From IMG/VR virus record IMGVR_UViG_3300042337_000526, positions 32,001 to 96,000 of that record: a DNA stretch of 64,000 nt; one strand, 5' to 3'. The notes beneath the pieces were generated by a model that saw only the letters and a program-made list of their open reading frames with translations, was not told the DNA's origin and searched no databases. Numbering within the stretch: position 1 is the stretch's first letter; every line of letters starts with the position of its first letter. Source of the DNA: a virus. The position numbers were made by a program, and so were the translations under genes. Below are positions 1 to 7,339 of the stretch, piece after piece.

Positions 1-2
1 AT

Positions 3-296
3 CTACCAAAACGTTACAAAAATATATTTGATATGAGAAGTAAAAAACTTAGATATTTATTATATACAATGCCAACACTAGTAACTAATTATGAACTAAT
101 CAAGTATGAAGATTTTATAATGGATCCTACGAGTATACTTACTGAATGGTCTAAAAAATATAATCTTGAATTAAATTCAACATTCATGCCACCAATTAAA
201 AAAGAAGCCTATCCAATACCAGAAGAAATTAAAAAAAGTATCAATGAGGGAGTAGACTGGGAAATAGACAATAAATTAGGATACTATATTAAGTAG
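3..296 (+). CDS. 5'-truncated ORF, possibly the C-terminus of a sulfotransferase-like protein
   Basis: The frame is open from the window start (LPKRYKNIFDMRSKKL...). It contains IKYEDFIMDP, resembling the [IV]xYEDLxxDP motif of sulfotransferase folds. Confidence 0.4.
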   Translation, partial: LPKRYKNIFDMRSKKLRYLLYTMPTLVTNYELIKYEDFIMDPTSILTEWSKKYNLELNSTFMPPIKKEAYPIPEEIKKSINEGVDWEIDNKLGYYIK

Positions 297-308
297 GCGA
301 GAACCTTT

Positions 309-506
309 ATGAGTGACGAAACTACAAATTACCAATTCTATACTGACGGATATACTGATGGCTACGCAAATAAAGAATATAATCCATATCGTCTATTAAC
401 AAAGGTAACACAAGAAAACGATATAGATATTATGATAAAAGAATATGCTAAAGGATATGAAACTGGTAAATTTAATGCTGAAATAGATGAAAAAAATTAT
501 GAATAA
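309..506 (+). CDS. Small hypothetical phage protein
   Basis: 65-aa ORF with GYTDGY/GYETG repeats, overlapping the next start. Confidence 0.55.
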   Translation: MSDETTNYQFYTDGYTDGYANKEYNPYRLLTKVTQENDIDIMIKEYAKGYETGKFNAEIDEKNYE

Positions 507-1182
507 ACAAGAAAAAAAACAACTCGTTGATTCATATCGCCATTGGTGGCACTCTATAGATTTTGGTGATGGTATAATTTCTCAAGGAGAAAAAAGCACC
601 ATTGTTCACGAAAGAGAAAAAACTCAATGGTTTCCAAGTGATTTTTTTAAAGACAAAAGAGTTTTAGACGTAGGAACATGGGATGGATATTATGCGTTTT
701 ACGCAGAACAGGCTGGGGCATCAGAGGTTATAGCGGTGGATAAATTTGTATGGGAAGGAACTAGGGGCAGATGTAAACTAGGATTTGATATTGCTAAACA
801 AATTTTGAACTCTAAAGTTAAAGAACATGTCTTATATATTGAAGATATGACGCCTGAAATATTAGGAACATTTGATTCTATCATATTTACTGGAGTTTTT
901 TATCATCTTCAAAATCCTTATTGTGCATTAGAAATATTGGATAAGCTATTAAATAATAATGGAAGAATAATTATAGAAACTACAATGCGAAATTTAGAAA
1001 TTGATAAACCATTGATGGAATTTCATCCAAAAAAAACATTAAATAATGATCCAACTAATTTTTGGTCACCTAATACATTATGTTTAAGATTAATGTTTGA
1101 AGAAATTGGTAATTATGTTGTTGAGAAAATACACGAAGGAAAGCGTGGCATTATGATAGTAAAAAAGGGGATCACGATTTAA
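487..1182 (+). CDS. Class I SAM-dependent methyltransferase (CmoB-like)
   Basis: Motif I VLDVGTWDGYY, plus FDSIIFTGVFYHLQNP and N-terminal WWHSIDFGDG. Confidence 0.85.
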   Translation: MKKIMNKQEKKQLVDSYRHWWHSIDFGDGIISQGEKSTIVHEREKTQWFPSDFFKDKRVLDVGTWDGYYAFYAEQAGASEVIAVDKFVWEGTRGRCKLGFDIAKQILNSKVKEHVLYIEDMTPEILGTFDSIIFTGVFYHLQNPYCALEILDKLLNNNGRIIIETTMRNLEIDKPLMEFHPKKTLNNDPTNFWSPNTLCLRLMFEEIGNYVVEKIHEGKRGIMIVKKGITI

Positions 1183-1214
1183 AAATCCCATCTATCAGAT
1201 TCAAGTAGTGGCTC

Positions 1215-1243
1215 TTGACAAACCGATACCTGTAGTGTAGAAT
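1215..1243 (+). promoter_or_regulatory. Sigma70-type promoter TTGACA-N17-TAGAAT with CCGATA in the spacer
   Basis: ttgaca aaccgatacctgtagtg tagaat, upstream of a GGAG RBS and the ATG at 1279. Confidence 0.8.
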
Positions 1244-1278
1244 CGTAGCATCGTGCTATTAAACTTTTGGAGAAAGCC

Positions 1279-1980
1279 ATGATTGTTGAGAACTCTGTTA
1301 TTCCTGTTCAGAATAATACTTTGGATAAGACTAAGGCCGATATTTTCTTTGAGAATTTCCCTAAAGATAAGGTTGTTTCATACAAGGAATACTGGGAGAG
1401 TGTTCGTCCTCAGAATGCGGAGGATATTTTTCGTCGCTATCTCTTTGCCTATTGCTCTGTTCATACCACTTGGAAGGGTAATTGCTCAGGATATAATGCT
1501 ATCAAGAATTTTAACGAGTGGATTGACAATAAAGAGACTCTGCTAAATAAACTCCACAAGAGCGGCGTTGGACTTCACAATAATCGCACCAACTATATTT
1601 GGGATTTTAGTGAGAAGTTTTGGGCTAATCCTAAAGACTTTTACTTTACATCTAAGAAGGGTCATGTTAAGAAGCGTGACAGTATTCTGAATAAGATTAG
1701 TGGGATTGGTCTTGCTAAGATTAGTTTTGCTCTTGAAATGATTCATCCTAATGAGGCTAGGGTATTGTGTTTGGATGTTCATATGCTTCGTCTGTATGAT
1801 ATGGAACATTTGAAGTATAATAAGAGTAAAAATGGATCAACTACCTATAAAAAGGCTGAACGCCATTGGATGGTGAATTGTGGAAAAAATAAAATCCCAT
1901 CTTATATTGCCAGATGTGCTTATTGGGATAAGTTGCAGGGTAAAGAAGATTCTCGTTATTGGTCATTTTGTCTTGAATAA
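1279..1980 (+). CDS. HhH-superfamily N-glycosylase/DNA lyase (archaeal OGG-like)
   Basis: HhH motif KISGIGLAKISF followed by CLDVHML, which supplies the catalytic Asp. ATG at 1279 follows GGAG; the ORF track starts at TTG 1267. Confidence 0.7.
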   Translation: MIVENSVIPVQNNTLDKTKADIFFENFPKDKVVSYKEYWESVRPQNAEDIFRRYLFAYCSVHTTWKGNCSGYNAIKNFNEWIDNKETLLNKLHKSGVGLHNNRTNYIWDFSEKFWANPKDFYFTSKKGHVKKRDSILNKISGIGLAKISFALEMIHPNEARVLCLDVHMLRLYDMEHLKYNKSKNGSTTYKKAERHWMVNCGKNKIPSYIARCAYWDKLQGKEDSRYWSFCLE

Positions 1981-2625
1981 ATTATATGGAGAAAGACTCC
2001 AACCTTCTGTGGATTTGTATTTTCCGCTGATTAGACAACAAATACTACTATGTCTCATATTATATTTTTGTCTTAAATCATATGCTCTACCAACAAAAAT
2101 AGTTCCATTTTTATGATAGAATGTATGTATAGTAGGATTAATTAAATGAGTCTGTTCAGGTCTTTCTTTTATTTCATTTCGAATATCTACTAATAAGTAT
2201 TGAATTAATAACAAACCAAAACCATATTTTTGTTTAGCATATTTGAAAGTAGCAGCAGTATTATTATTGAGCCAATAATTTTTTATATCTTGTTTTTGTT
2301 TTTTAGTTACATTTTTTGGTTCTTGTCCACCAGCATGATATGTAGAATTGTAGTATTGTTTTCGATTCAGTTTCGCCTTATCCAAAAATGATTGCTCAAG
2401 ACTAATTAAATTATCCTTTGTACATTTTGCTTCAATATGGAATACAAAATTATTTTTGCCATATTTATTCCACGCTCTTTGAAGATAAATACAGTGATGA
2501 ATTCCTTTATTTAAATTTTGCTCGTGATGTCTCCATCTGCGAATTATATCACAACTAGAGCCGATATAACTTTTTCCATTAATTTTATTTGATATTGAAT
2601 ATATTCCATGAATCTTATTATTCAT
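1963..2625 (-). mobile_element. Free-standing GIY-YIG (Seg-like) homing endonuclease
   Basis: N-terminal GIYSISNKINGKSYIGSS...RRWRHH...LEQ and a C-terminal NUMOD-like SICCLISGKYKSTEGW. It is antisense to its neighbours. Confidence 0.85.
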
Positions 2626-2684
2626 ATTGACTCCTTGCTAATCGTCTTTGAACATACTATAATAGGTAGTACACCAAAAGACTA

Positions 2685-3248
2685 TTGGAGTTTTGTTCTA
2701 GAATGATAAATTATAAGTCTGTAAGATTTTTTCCTAGTTGGCAAACAGAAAACTCTACCCAAGTAGTTGGTCTTCTCAATATGTTAAACTATATTGTATC
2801 TATTAATCCTAATATAGAACATTATGTAGAAATAGGCTGCTATATTGGAGAATCCACAGCCTTGGTTTTGGGATTTCCTCAGATAAAAAATCTGCATTGT
2901 GTAGATGTATGGCCAGATTTAAATGTTAAAAATCTTTTTGATACTAGAATATCTACATCGGGTAAAAATCATGTTAAAATTCACCACACTTCTTCTAAAA
3001 AATTTGCAGAAACAGTCAACTACGAAATTGACGTTGTTTATATCGATGGAGATCATTCGTATAATTCTGTAAAACAAGACATATCTGTATGGTATCCAAA
3101 AATTAAAAAGGGTGGGTTTTTATGCGGTCATGATTATAATCAGGAATCTTGGCCCGACTGCAAAAGAGCAATAGACGAATTTATAAATAGCAATAATTTT
3201 CATTTACAAACTTTCTGTGATTGTAGTTGGTTAATTCAAAAGGTTTAA
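2685..3248 (+). CDS. Class I SAM methyltransferase (Methyltransf_24-like)
   Basis: VEIGCYIGES, YIDGDHSY and GGFLCGHDY motifs. Confidence 0.85.
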   Translation: MEFCSRMINYKSVRFFPSWQTENSTQVVGLLNMLNYIVSINPNIEHYVEIGCYIGESTALVLGFPQIKNLHCVDVWPDLNVKNLFDTRISTSGKNHVKIHHTSSKKFAETVNYEIDVVYIDGDHSYNSVKQDISVWYPKIKKGGFLCGHDYNQESWPDCKRAIDEFINSNNFHLQTFCDCSWLIQKV

Positions 3249-3254
3249 GATATT

Positions 3255-3383
3255 ATGAGCGAGAATGGTAAAGGTTCTAAAAAAAGACCGCGATCAGTAA
3301 GTCAAGAAACATGGGACAAAAACTATGAAAGAATCTTCAGAAAAAGCAAAAATACTAAACATGGTAAAGTTCGAAAAAAATAA
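3255..3383 (+). CDS. Small basic phage protein (42 aa, absent from the ORF track)
   Basis: Translated by hand as MSENGKGSKKRPRSVSQETWDKNYERIFRKSKNTKHGKVRKK*. It fills the gap between neighbours and resembles the recurring phage peptide GKGSxxRPxSV...W..IF. Confidence 0.6.
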   Translation: MSENGKGSKKRPRSVSQETWDKNYERIFRKSKNTKHGKVRKK

Positions 3384-3627
3384 AACCACATTCATATTGT
3401 GTGATTGTAGGAGTGAGGTTCTGGTATTAGAACACGATATTGAATATGAAATAACAGAACTGTCAATATATGAGAATATGTCATCTTATGGTCATAAAAT
3501 GTCATTTTGGCAGAAATTAAGGTATATTTATCAGGTTTTAATTCATAATCGCCCATACTCTGATCAAATTATTCTTAATAAAGACCAACTAAAAGATTTA
3601 GGTATGTTTATTAATGGGTGTATATAA
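3361..3627 (+). CDS. Hypothetical protein
   Basis: ORF 3325..3627. The ATG at 3361 is the more likely start given the upstream small ORF. Confidence 0.55.
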   Translation: MVKFEKNKTTFILCDCRSEVLVLEHDIEYEITELSIYENMSSYGHKMSFWQKLRYIYQVLIHNRPYSDQIILNKDQLKDLGMFINGCI

Positions 3628-3659
3628 TACTGTCTCTTAATACTATCAAGGAGGCTACT

Positions 3660-3845
3660 ATGATAATGAAAAATTATGTTGCTGATGAACTAGCAAATAA
3701 AGTATATCATCTAACTAAGGCTCTTAATCAGGCAGAGTCGATTATTAAAACTCTTGAAGTAGAGAATGATAATCTTAAAGAAACATTATCATTAATATAT
3801 GATAGAGAAAATTCAGTAAACAACGACTTTTTAGTAGAGGTATAA
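3660..3845 (+). CDS. Hypothetical coiled-coil protein
   Basis: GGAGG RBS before ATG 3660, a heptad pattern, and a GGTGTA motif at 3617. Confidence 0.6.
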   Translation: MIMKNYVADELANKVYHLTKALNQAESIIKTLEVENDNLKETLSLIYDRENSVNNDFLVEV

Positions 3846-3846
3846 T

Positions 3847-4032
3847 ATGGGTCGCCTAGCCAAAAATAGTCACGACAAAATGATATTCGGAGTTTGTGGA
3901 GGATTAGCCAAGGCCACGGGCATAGATTCATCACTAATAAGATTAGGATTTGTATTTGGAGCAATTTTTACAGGAAGTATTTTATTTTGGATTTATCTTC
4001 TACTTGGAATAGTTCTACCTATTGACGAATAA
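3847..4032 (+). CDS. PspC-domain membrane protein
   Basis: RLAKNSHDKMIFGVCGGLAKATGIDSSLIRLGF followed by a TM segment ending Y...IVLP, which is the canonical PspC pattern. Confidence 0.85.
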   Translation: MGRLAKNSHDKMIFGVCGGLAKATGIDSSLIRLGFVFGAIFTGSILFWIYLLLGIVLPIDE

Positions 4033-4595
4033 TGATTTATTTTATCTCCGATACCCACTTTGGACACAAGAATATTGTGGGTTATTGCAAAAGACCATTT
4101 ACTGATACTCACGAAATGAATAAGACCATTATTGATAATATCAATAGTGTTGTTAAGCCAAAGGATACTCTTTATTTTCTTGGAGATTTTTGTCATAGGG
4201 GTGGTGATCCTAAGAAATATAGAAAACAAATAAATTGTGAAGATATTCATGTGATTCTTGGCAACCATGACAATGAGGATAAATTTAGTGAAAAAGATTT
4301 TTCTTCTATAGCACTAATGAAAGAAATAACCTACTGTAATCAAAAGATAATTCTGTTTCACTATCCTATGAGAGCATGGAACAAAAGTTATCGTAAAAGT
4401 TGGATGCTTTATGGTCATGTTCACGGCAGACTTCACAATGAGGATGAATCACTAGGACGCTTTACGCTTGATGTGGGCGTGGATAATAAAAGGGAAGGTG
4501 TTGGGTTTGGCACTCCGTATAGTTTTAAAGAGATTCAGAAACTATTTGGCGACAGAGAGAAAAAATTCAAGGTCGCCCAGTTGACAAGCCGATAA
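4032..4595 (+). CDS. Calcineurin-like metallophosphoesterase
   Basis: DTHFGH, LGDF, LGNHD, FHYP and GHVH motifs. Confidence 0.9.
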   Translation: MIYFISDTHFGHKNIVGYCKRPFTDTHEMNKTIIDNINSVVKPKDTLYFLGDFCHRGGDPKKYRKQINCEDIHVILGNHDNEDKFSEKDFSSIALMKEITYCNQKIILFHYPMRAWNKSYRKSWMLYGHVHGRLHNEDESLGRFTLDVGVDNKREGVGFGTPYSFKEIQKLFGDREKKFKVAQLTSR

Positions 4596-4608
4596 TGGAT
4601 GTTAGAAT
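4581..4608 (+). promoter_or_regulatory. Sigma70-type promoter TTGACA-N16-TAGAAT with CCGATA
   Basis: ttgaca agccgataatggatgt tagaat. Confidence 0.75.
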
Positions 4609-4683
4609 GAAGGAGTCAAGCGAGAGTATCAGTCATGCGACTGACTCGCAAGACAAGACTTGGAAATGATTTGGAGGTTGATT

Positions 4684-4965
4684 ATGGCTGAAGTTACTAC
4701 GGTTGATAAGCAGAGTCGTGTTCGTTGCAGTGACGAGCAGTTCCTTGAGGCGGTTTTCTCCAGCAAGACTTATGCTGAGATTGCCGTTAAGACTGGTCAG
4801 AAGGTTGCTAGTACGATGGCTCGTTATGCTCGTACAAAGTCCGCTCTGACCAAGAAGGGTATTGAACTGCCCGCTATGGAACGTGCGAAGCCAACCAAGA
4901 CGGTTGACAACGTAGAGGCTATGGCAGAGGTTGTTCGTCGCCTCAAGGCTCATGCGAACGGTTGA
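4684..4965 (+). CDS. Hypothetical early protein, possibly DNA-binding
   Basis: GGAGG RBS before ATG 4684. The sequence is helical and has HTH-like character (TYAEIAVKTGQKVASTMARY). Confidence 0.7.
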   Translation: MAEVTTVDKQSRVRCSDEQFLEAVFSSKTYAEIAVKTGQKVASTMARYARTKSALTKKGIELPAMERAKPTKTVDNVEAMAEVVRRLKAHANG

Positions 4966-4978
4966 TTAAAACCAAAAG

Positions 4979-5056
4979 GTGATCGGCTACAACGGTTTAA
5001 ATGCTTGAGGCACACAAGTTTTCAACCTCAAATCATTGATTGTTGTAGTCGGTCAC
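4979..5056 (+). other. Long imperfect RNA hairpin immediately upstream of the tRNA
   Basis: gtgatcggctacaac (4979-4993) pairs with gttgtagtcggtcac (5042-5056) using G-U pairs. An inner ttgagg/cctcaa stem is also present. Confidence 0.55.
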
Positions 5057-5062
5057 TTATAT

Positions 5063-5137
5063 GGGAGCGTAGTCCAATTGGCAGCAGACAAAGGACTTAA
5101 AATCCTTCCAGTGTGGGTTCGACTCCCACCGCTCCTA
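5063..5137 (+). tRNA. trnL: tRNA-Leu (anticodon UAA), short variable arm, CCA not encoded
   Basis: Acceptor GGGAGCG/CGCTCCT, D-loop with GG, anticodon arm AAGGA-CTTAAAA-TCCTT, T arm GTGGG-TTCGACT-CCCAC. Confidence 0.9.
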
Positions 5138-5170
5138 TTTGTAGAATGATAATTATCGAAAGGAAAACCA

Positions 5171-5401
5171 ATGAGCAAAAATGTTCTAGAACTATATAAG
5201 ATTGGTAGTAAGGTTAAGTTGACAGGAGAAGGCACTGAATCTATTTATGGAAGTATTATTGGTATTAATATAACTGGAGATAATACAGTTACCTATTCTT
5301 GTGGCTGGTGGAATGGTCGCTCATACGATGTTCATGATTTTTCACCAAACCAGATCGAAGTTGTATTAGCAGAAAAGTTTAAGATAGGATTCTCCACATG
5401 A
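5171..5401 (+). CDS. Hypothetical protein (small beta-barrel-like)
   Basis: 76-aa ORF with a GGA RBS. Confidence 0.65.
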   Translation: MSKNVLELYKIGSKVKLTGEGTESIYGSIIGINITGDNTVTYSCGWWNGRSYDVHDFSPNQIEVVLAEKFKIGFST

Positions 5402-5814
5402 ATGAAAACTCCAATCCACTAGACTATTTAATTCAGTGCTGTGAAACAGCAATAAATACTGGGCGTTGGAATTTAACACGATTCACAGTATTAAATGCCA
5501 AGAATGAATTAGAAAAGTTACGAGAAGCCAAAAGAGATTTAGCACAAAATGCTTTCAATGCTAATCAGAATAGTGTTGAAGATAATAATCGTTGGTTAAG
5601 TTGTGAAAAAGAATTGGTCGCTCTGAAGGAAAAAATTAAAACCATTTTTAGTCAACCTGTTGCCTATGGTTTAATTAACGACAGACATGATCTATACAAT
5701 CTAACTTTGCATTATAATAGGTTTGATGACAAGGATGATAAACTAATACCTCTCTATTCAAACAGAGAAGAATTTCTAAAAGGGGATTGGAAAAGTGGTA
5801 AGTTATCCAAATAG
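5398..5814 (+). CDS. Hypothetical protein
   Basis: ATGA overlap with the upstream stop; partly coiled-coil. Confidence 0.65.
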   Translation: MNENSNPLDYLIQCCETAINTGRWNLTRFTVLNAKNELEKLREAKRDLAQNAFNANQNSVEDNNRWLSCEKELVALKEKIKTIFSQPVAYGLINDRHDLYNLTLHYNRFDDKDDKLIPLYSNREEFLKGDWKSGKLSK

Positions 5815-6133
5815 GTATTTTAAGGGATGGTGTTCTAATGAAGGTAATCCACGATCTCATATTCTTCATTATCATATTCTCACTATTCGAGATATTAGTG
5901 ACTATAATGGCGGACTTATACCAGAAGAAGTAAATTCTTTAGAAGAATACTTTAATGTTGATGGTATAGGAATTGATGATCCATATTATATGGTTACTGG
6001 AACATTCAAGTTTGATTTTGCACGAACTCCTATTAAAATTCTGGAAACAAGTGAACTAAAAATAGCCATTGATATTGTTGAACAACTAACAGGGAATATT
6101 ATCAGAGAAGATGAAGTATACAATTCACGATGA
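5795..6133 (+). CDS. Hypothetical protein
   Basis: 112-aa ORF in a tightly packed operon. Confidence 0.6.
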   Translation: MVSYPNRYFKGWCSNEGNPRSHILHYHILTIRDISDYNGGLIPEEVNSLEEYFNVDGIGIDDPYYMVTGTFKFDFARTPIKILETSELKIAIDIVEQLTGNIIREDEVYNSR

Positions 6134-6641
6134 TGGTTTTGGTTGTTTTGAAGAAGGTGGTTGTGCTGAATTCTATTGGATAAAAGAGGATAAAACTCTT
6201 GGATTCAAACAATTTGGCAGCAAAAAGAGTGCCACAGTTACTTACAACAAACAAAAACTACTAAGTAAATTTGATCTTGCCCCAAAAGTTATTGGCAAAA
6301 TCACCAAATTAAAATATGAATGGGGAGATGAAACAAATTGGGGATATGTTACAGAAAGAGCTAAAATTCTCGACGAAAAGGTGATGAAAAAACGATTACG
6401 AGATATTCAGAATCTTGTGGAAACTATTGAGAACAAAACTCGTCTAAGATTTTGGGATTGTCATTATTGGAATATTGGTTATGTGAAACGAAATAATAAG
6501 GCTAAACTGGTCTGTATTGATACTGGGCCTGAGAGTTTTAATCGTGATGCTGATGCTTGGGGCATGGGAACTCCTGGCCCAAAATGCGGTTATTGTAGTA
6601 GGTATCAATGTCGTTGTAGCGATTCTTATTGGTGTGATTAG
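6111..6641 (+). CDS. Minimal protein-kinase-fold protein
   Basis: Gly-rich loop (GFGCFEEGGCAEFY), beta3 Lys (LGFKQF), catalytic-loop-like DCHYWN and DFG-like IDTG, with a C-terminal Cys cluster. Confidence 0.65.
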   Translation: MKYTIHDDGFGCFEEGGCAEFYWIKEDKTLGFKQFGSKKSATVTYNKQKLLSKFDLAPKVIGKITKLKYEWGDETNWGYVTERAKILDEKVMKKRLRDIQNLVETIENKTRLRFWDCHYWNIGYVKRNNKAKLVCIDTGPESFNRDADAWGMGTPGPKCGYCSRYQCRCSDSYWCD

Positions 6642-6674
6642 ATGGTGTATTCTTTAGTATAAGGAGTATTATTT

Positions 6675-7028
6675 ATGTCTAAAGAATTTAACGATATAAT
6701 CAGAGAAATCAATAAGCAAAATAAAGAACTACATAGTATAGATAATAGCATATCTAAAGAAGTAGTTAAAGAAATATCTGATCTTAAAAAAAGTGTCAAA
6801 AACATAGAAAATAAAATACGATCTATGGATGACACTCTGATTAAATTATTTGACATACTCAATACTATAACTGTTTTTATTGAGGACGCTGAATCCATGA
6901 ATGGAGATGATTTAGACGATGAAGAAGACTGGACTCCTTATGATGAAAGAAATTTTTCATACAACAATGACGAAGATGATGATGATGAGGAGGAAAGCGA
7001 ATGGAATATTCATGAGGACGAAAGTTAA
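6675..7028 (+). CDS. Coiled-coil protein with an acidic tail
   Basis: AAGGAG RBS, a GGTGTA motif at 6644, and a D/E-rich C-terminus. Confidence 0.7.
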   Translation: MSKEFNDIIREINKQNKELHSIDNSISKEVVKEISDLKKSVKNIENKIRSMDDTLIKLFDILNTITVFIEDAESMNGDDLDDEEDWTPYDERNFSYNNDEDDDDEEESEWNIHEDES

Positions 7029-7270
7029 TGGCTAGTTTGGCATTACTAGTAACACTAATGTTTTTATTTGTGGTGCTACTTGGGCCAGCAACGTGGTTAT
7101 TAAGTAAATCAAGATTCATTCCAAAATTCGTAATATACATAATGGGACTTTTGAGCATTTTAATAGGAATATATTGGTGTTTTTTACCAGTTAATTTACT
7201 CAGATTTTTTGGACTCCTTACGGCATATTTAGGATGGATGGCGATACAATCTAAAGATAGAGGGGCTTGA
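7028..7270 (+). CDS. Small multi-TM membrane protein
   Basis: Three hydrophobic segments and a TAATG overlap. Confidence 0.6.
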   Translation: MASLALLVTLMFLFVVLLGPATWLLSKSRFIPKFVIYIMGLLSILIGIYWCFLPVNLLRFFGLLTAYLGWMAIQSKDRGA

Positions 7271-7294
7271 CAACCGATAACACTGTGGTATGAT
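7267..7294 (+). promoter_or_regulatory. Sigma70-type promoter TTGACA-N16-TATGAT with CCGATA
   Basis: ttgaca accgataacactgtgg tatgat, upstream of rIIA. Confidence 0.8.
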
Positions 7295-7339
7295 TGGACT
7301 ATCACAGGAACGATTCACAGGACATTTGGAGACATAAAG

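Noticed and set aside
1963-2625. GIY-YIG or EndoVII (53290) as intron-encoded endonucleases
   Set aside because: The flanking genes appear complete, and no split ORF or group I intron core was recognised, so both were treated as free-standing.
5053-5235. Minus-strand 60-aa ORF over the tRNA
   Set aside because: It is the antisense of the tRNA-Leu gene and the next CDS.
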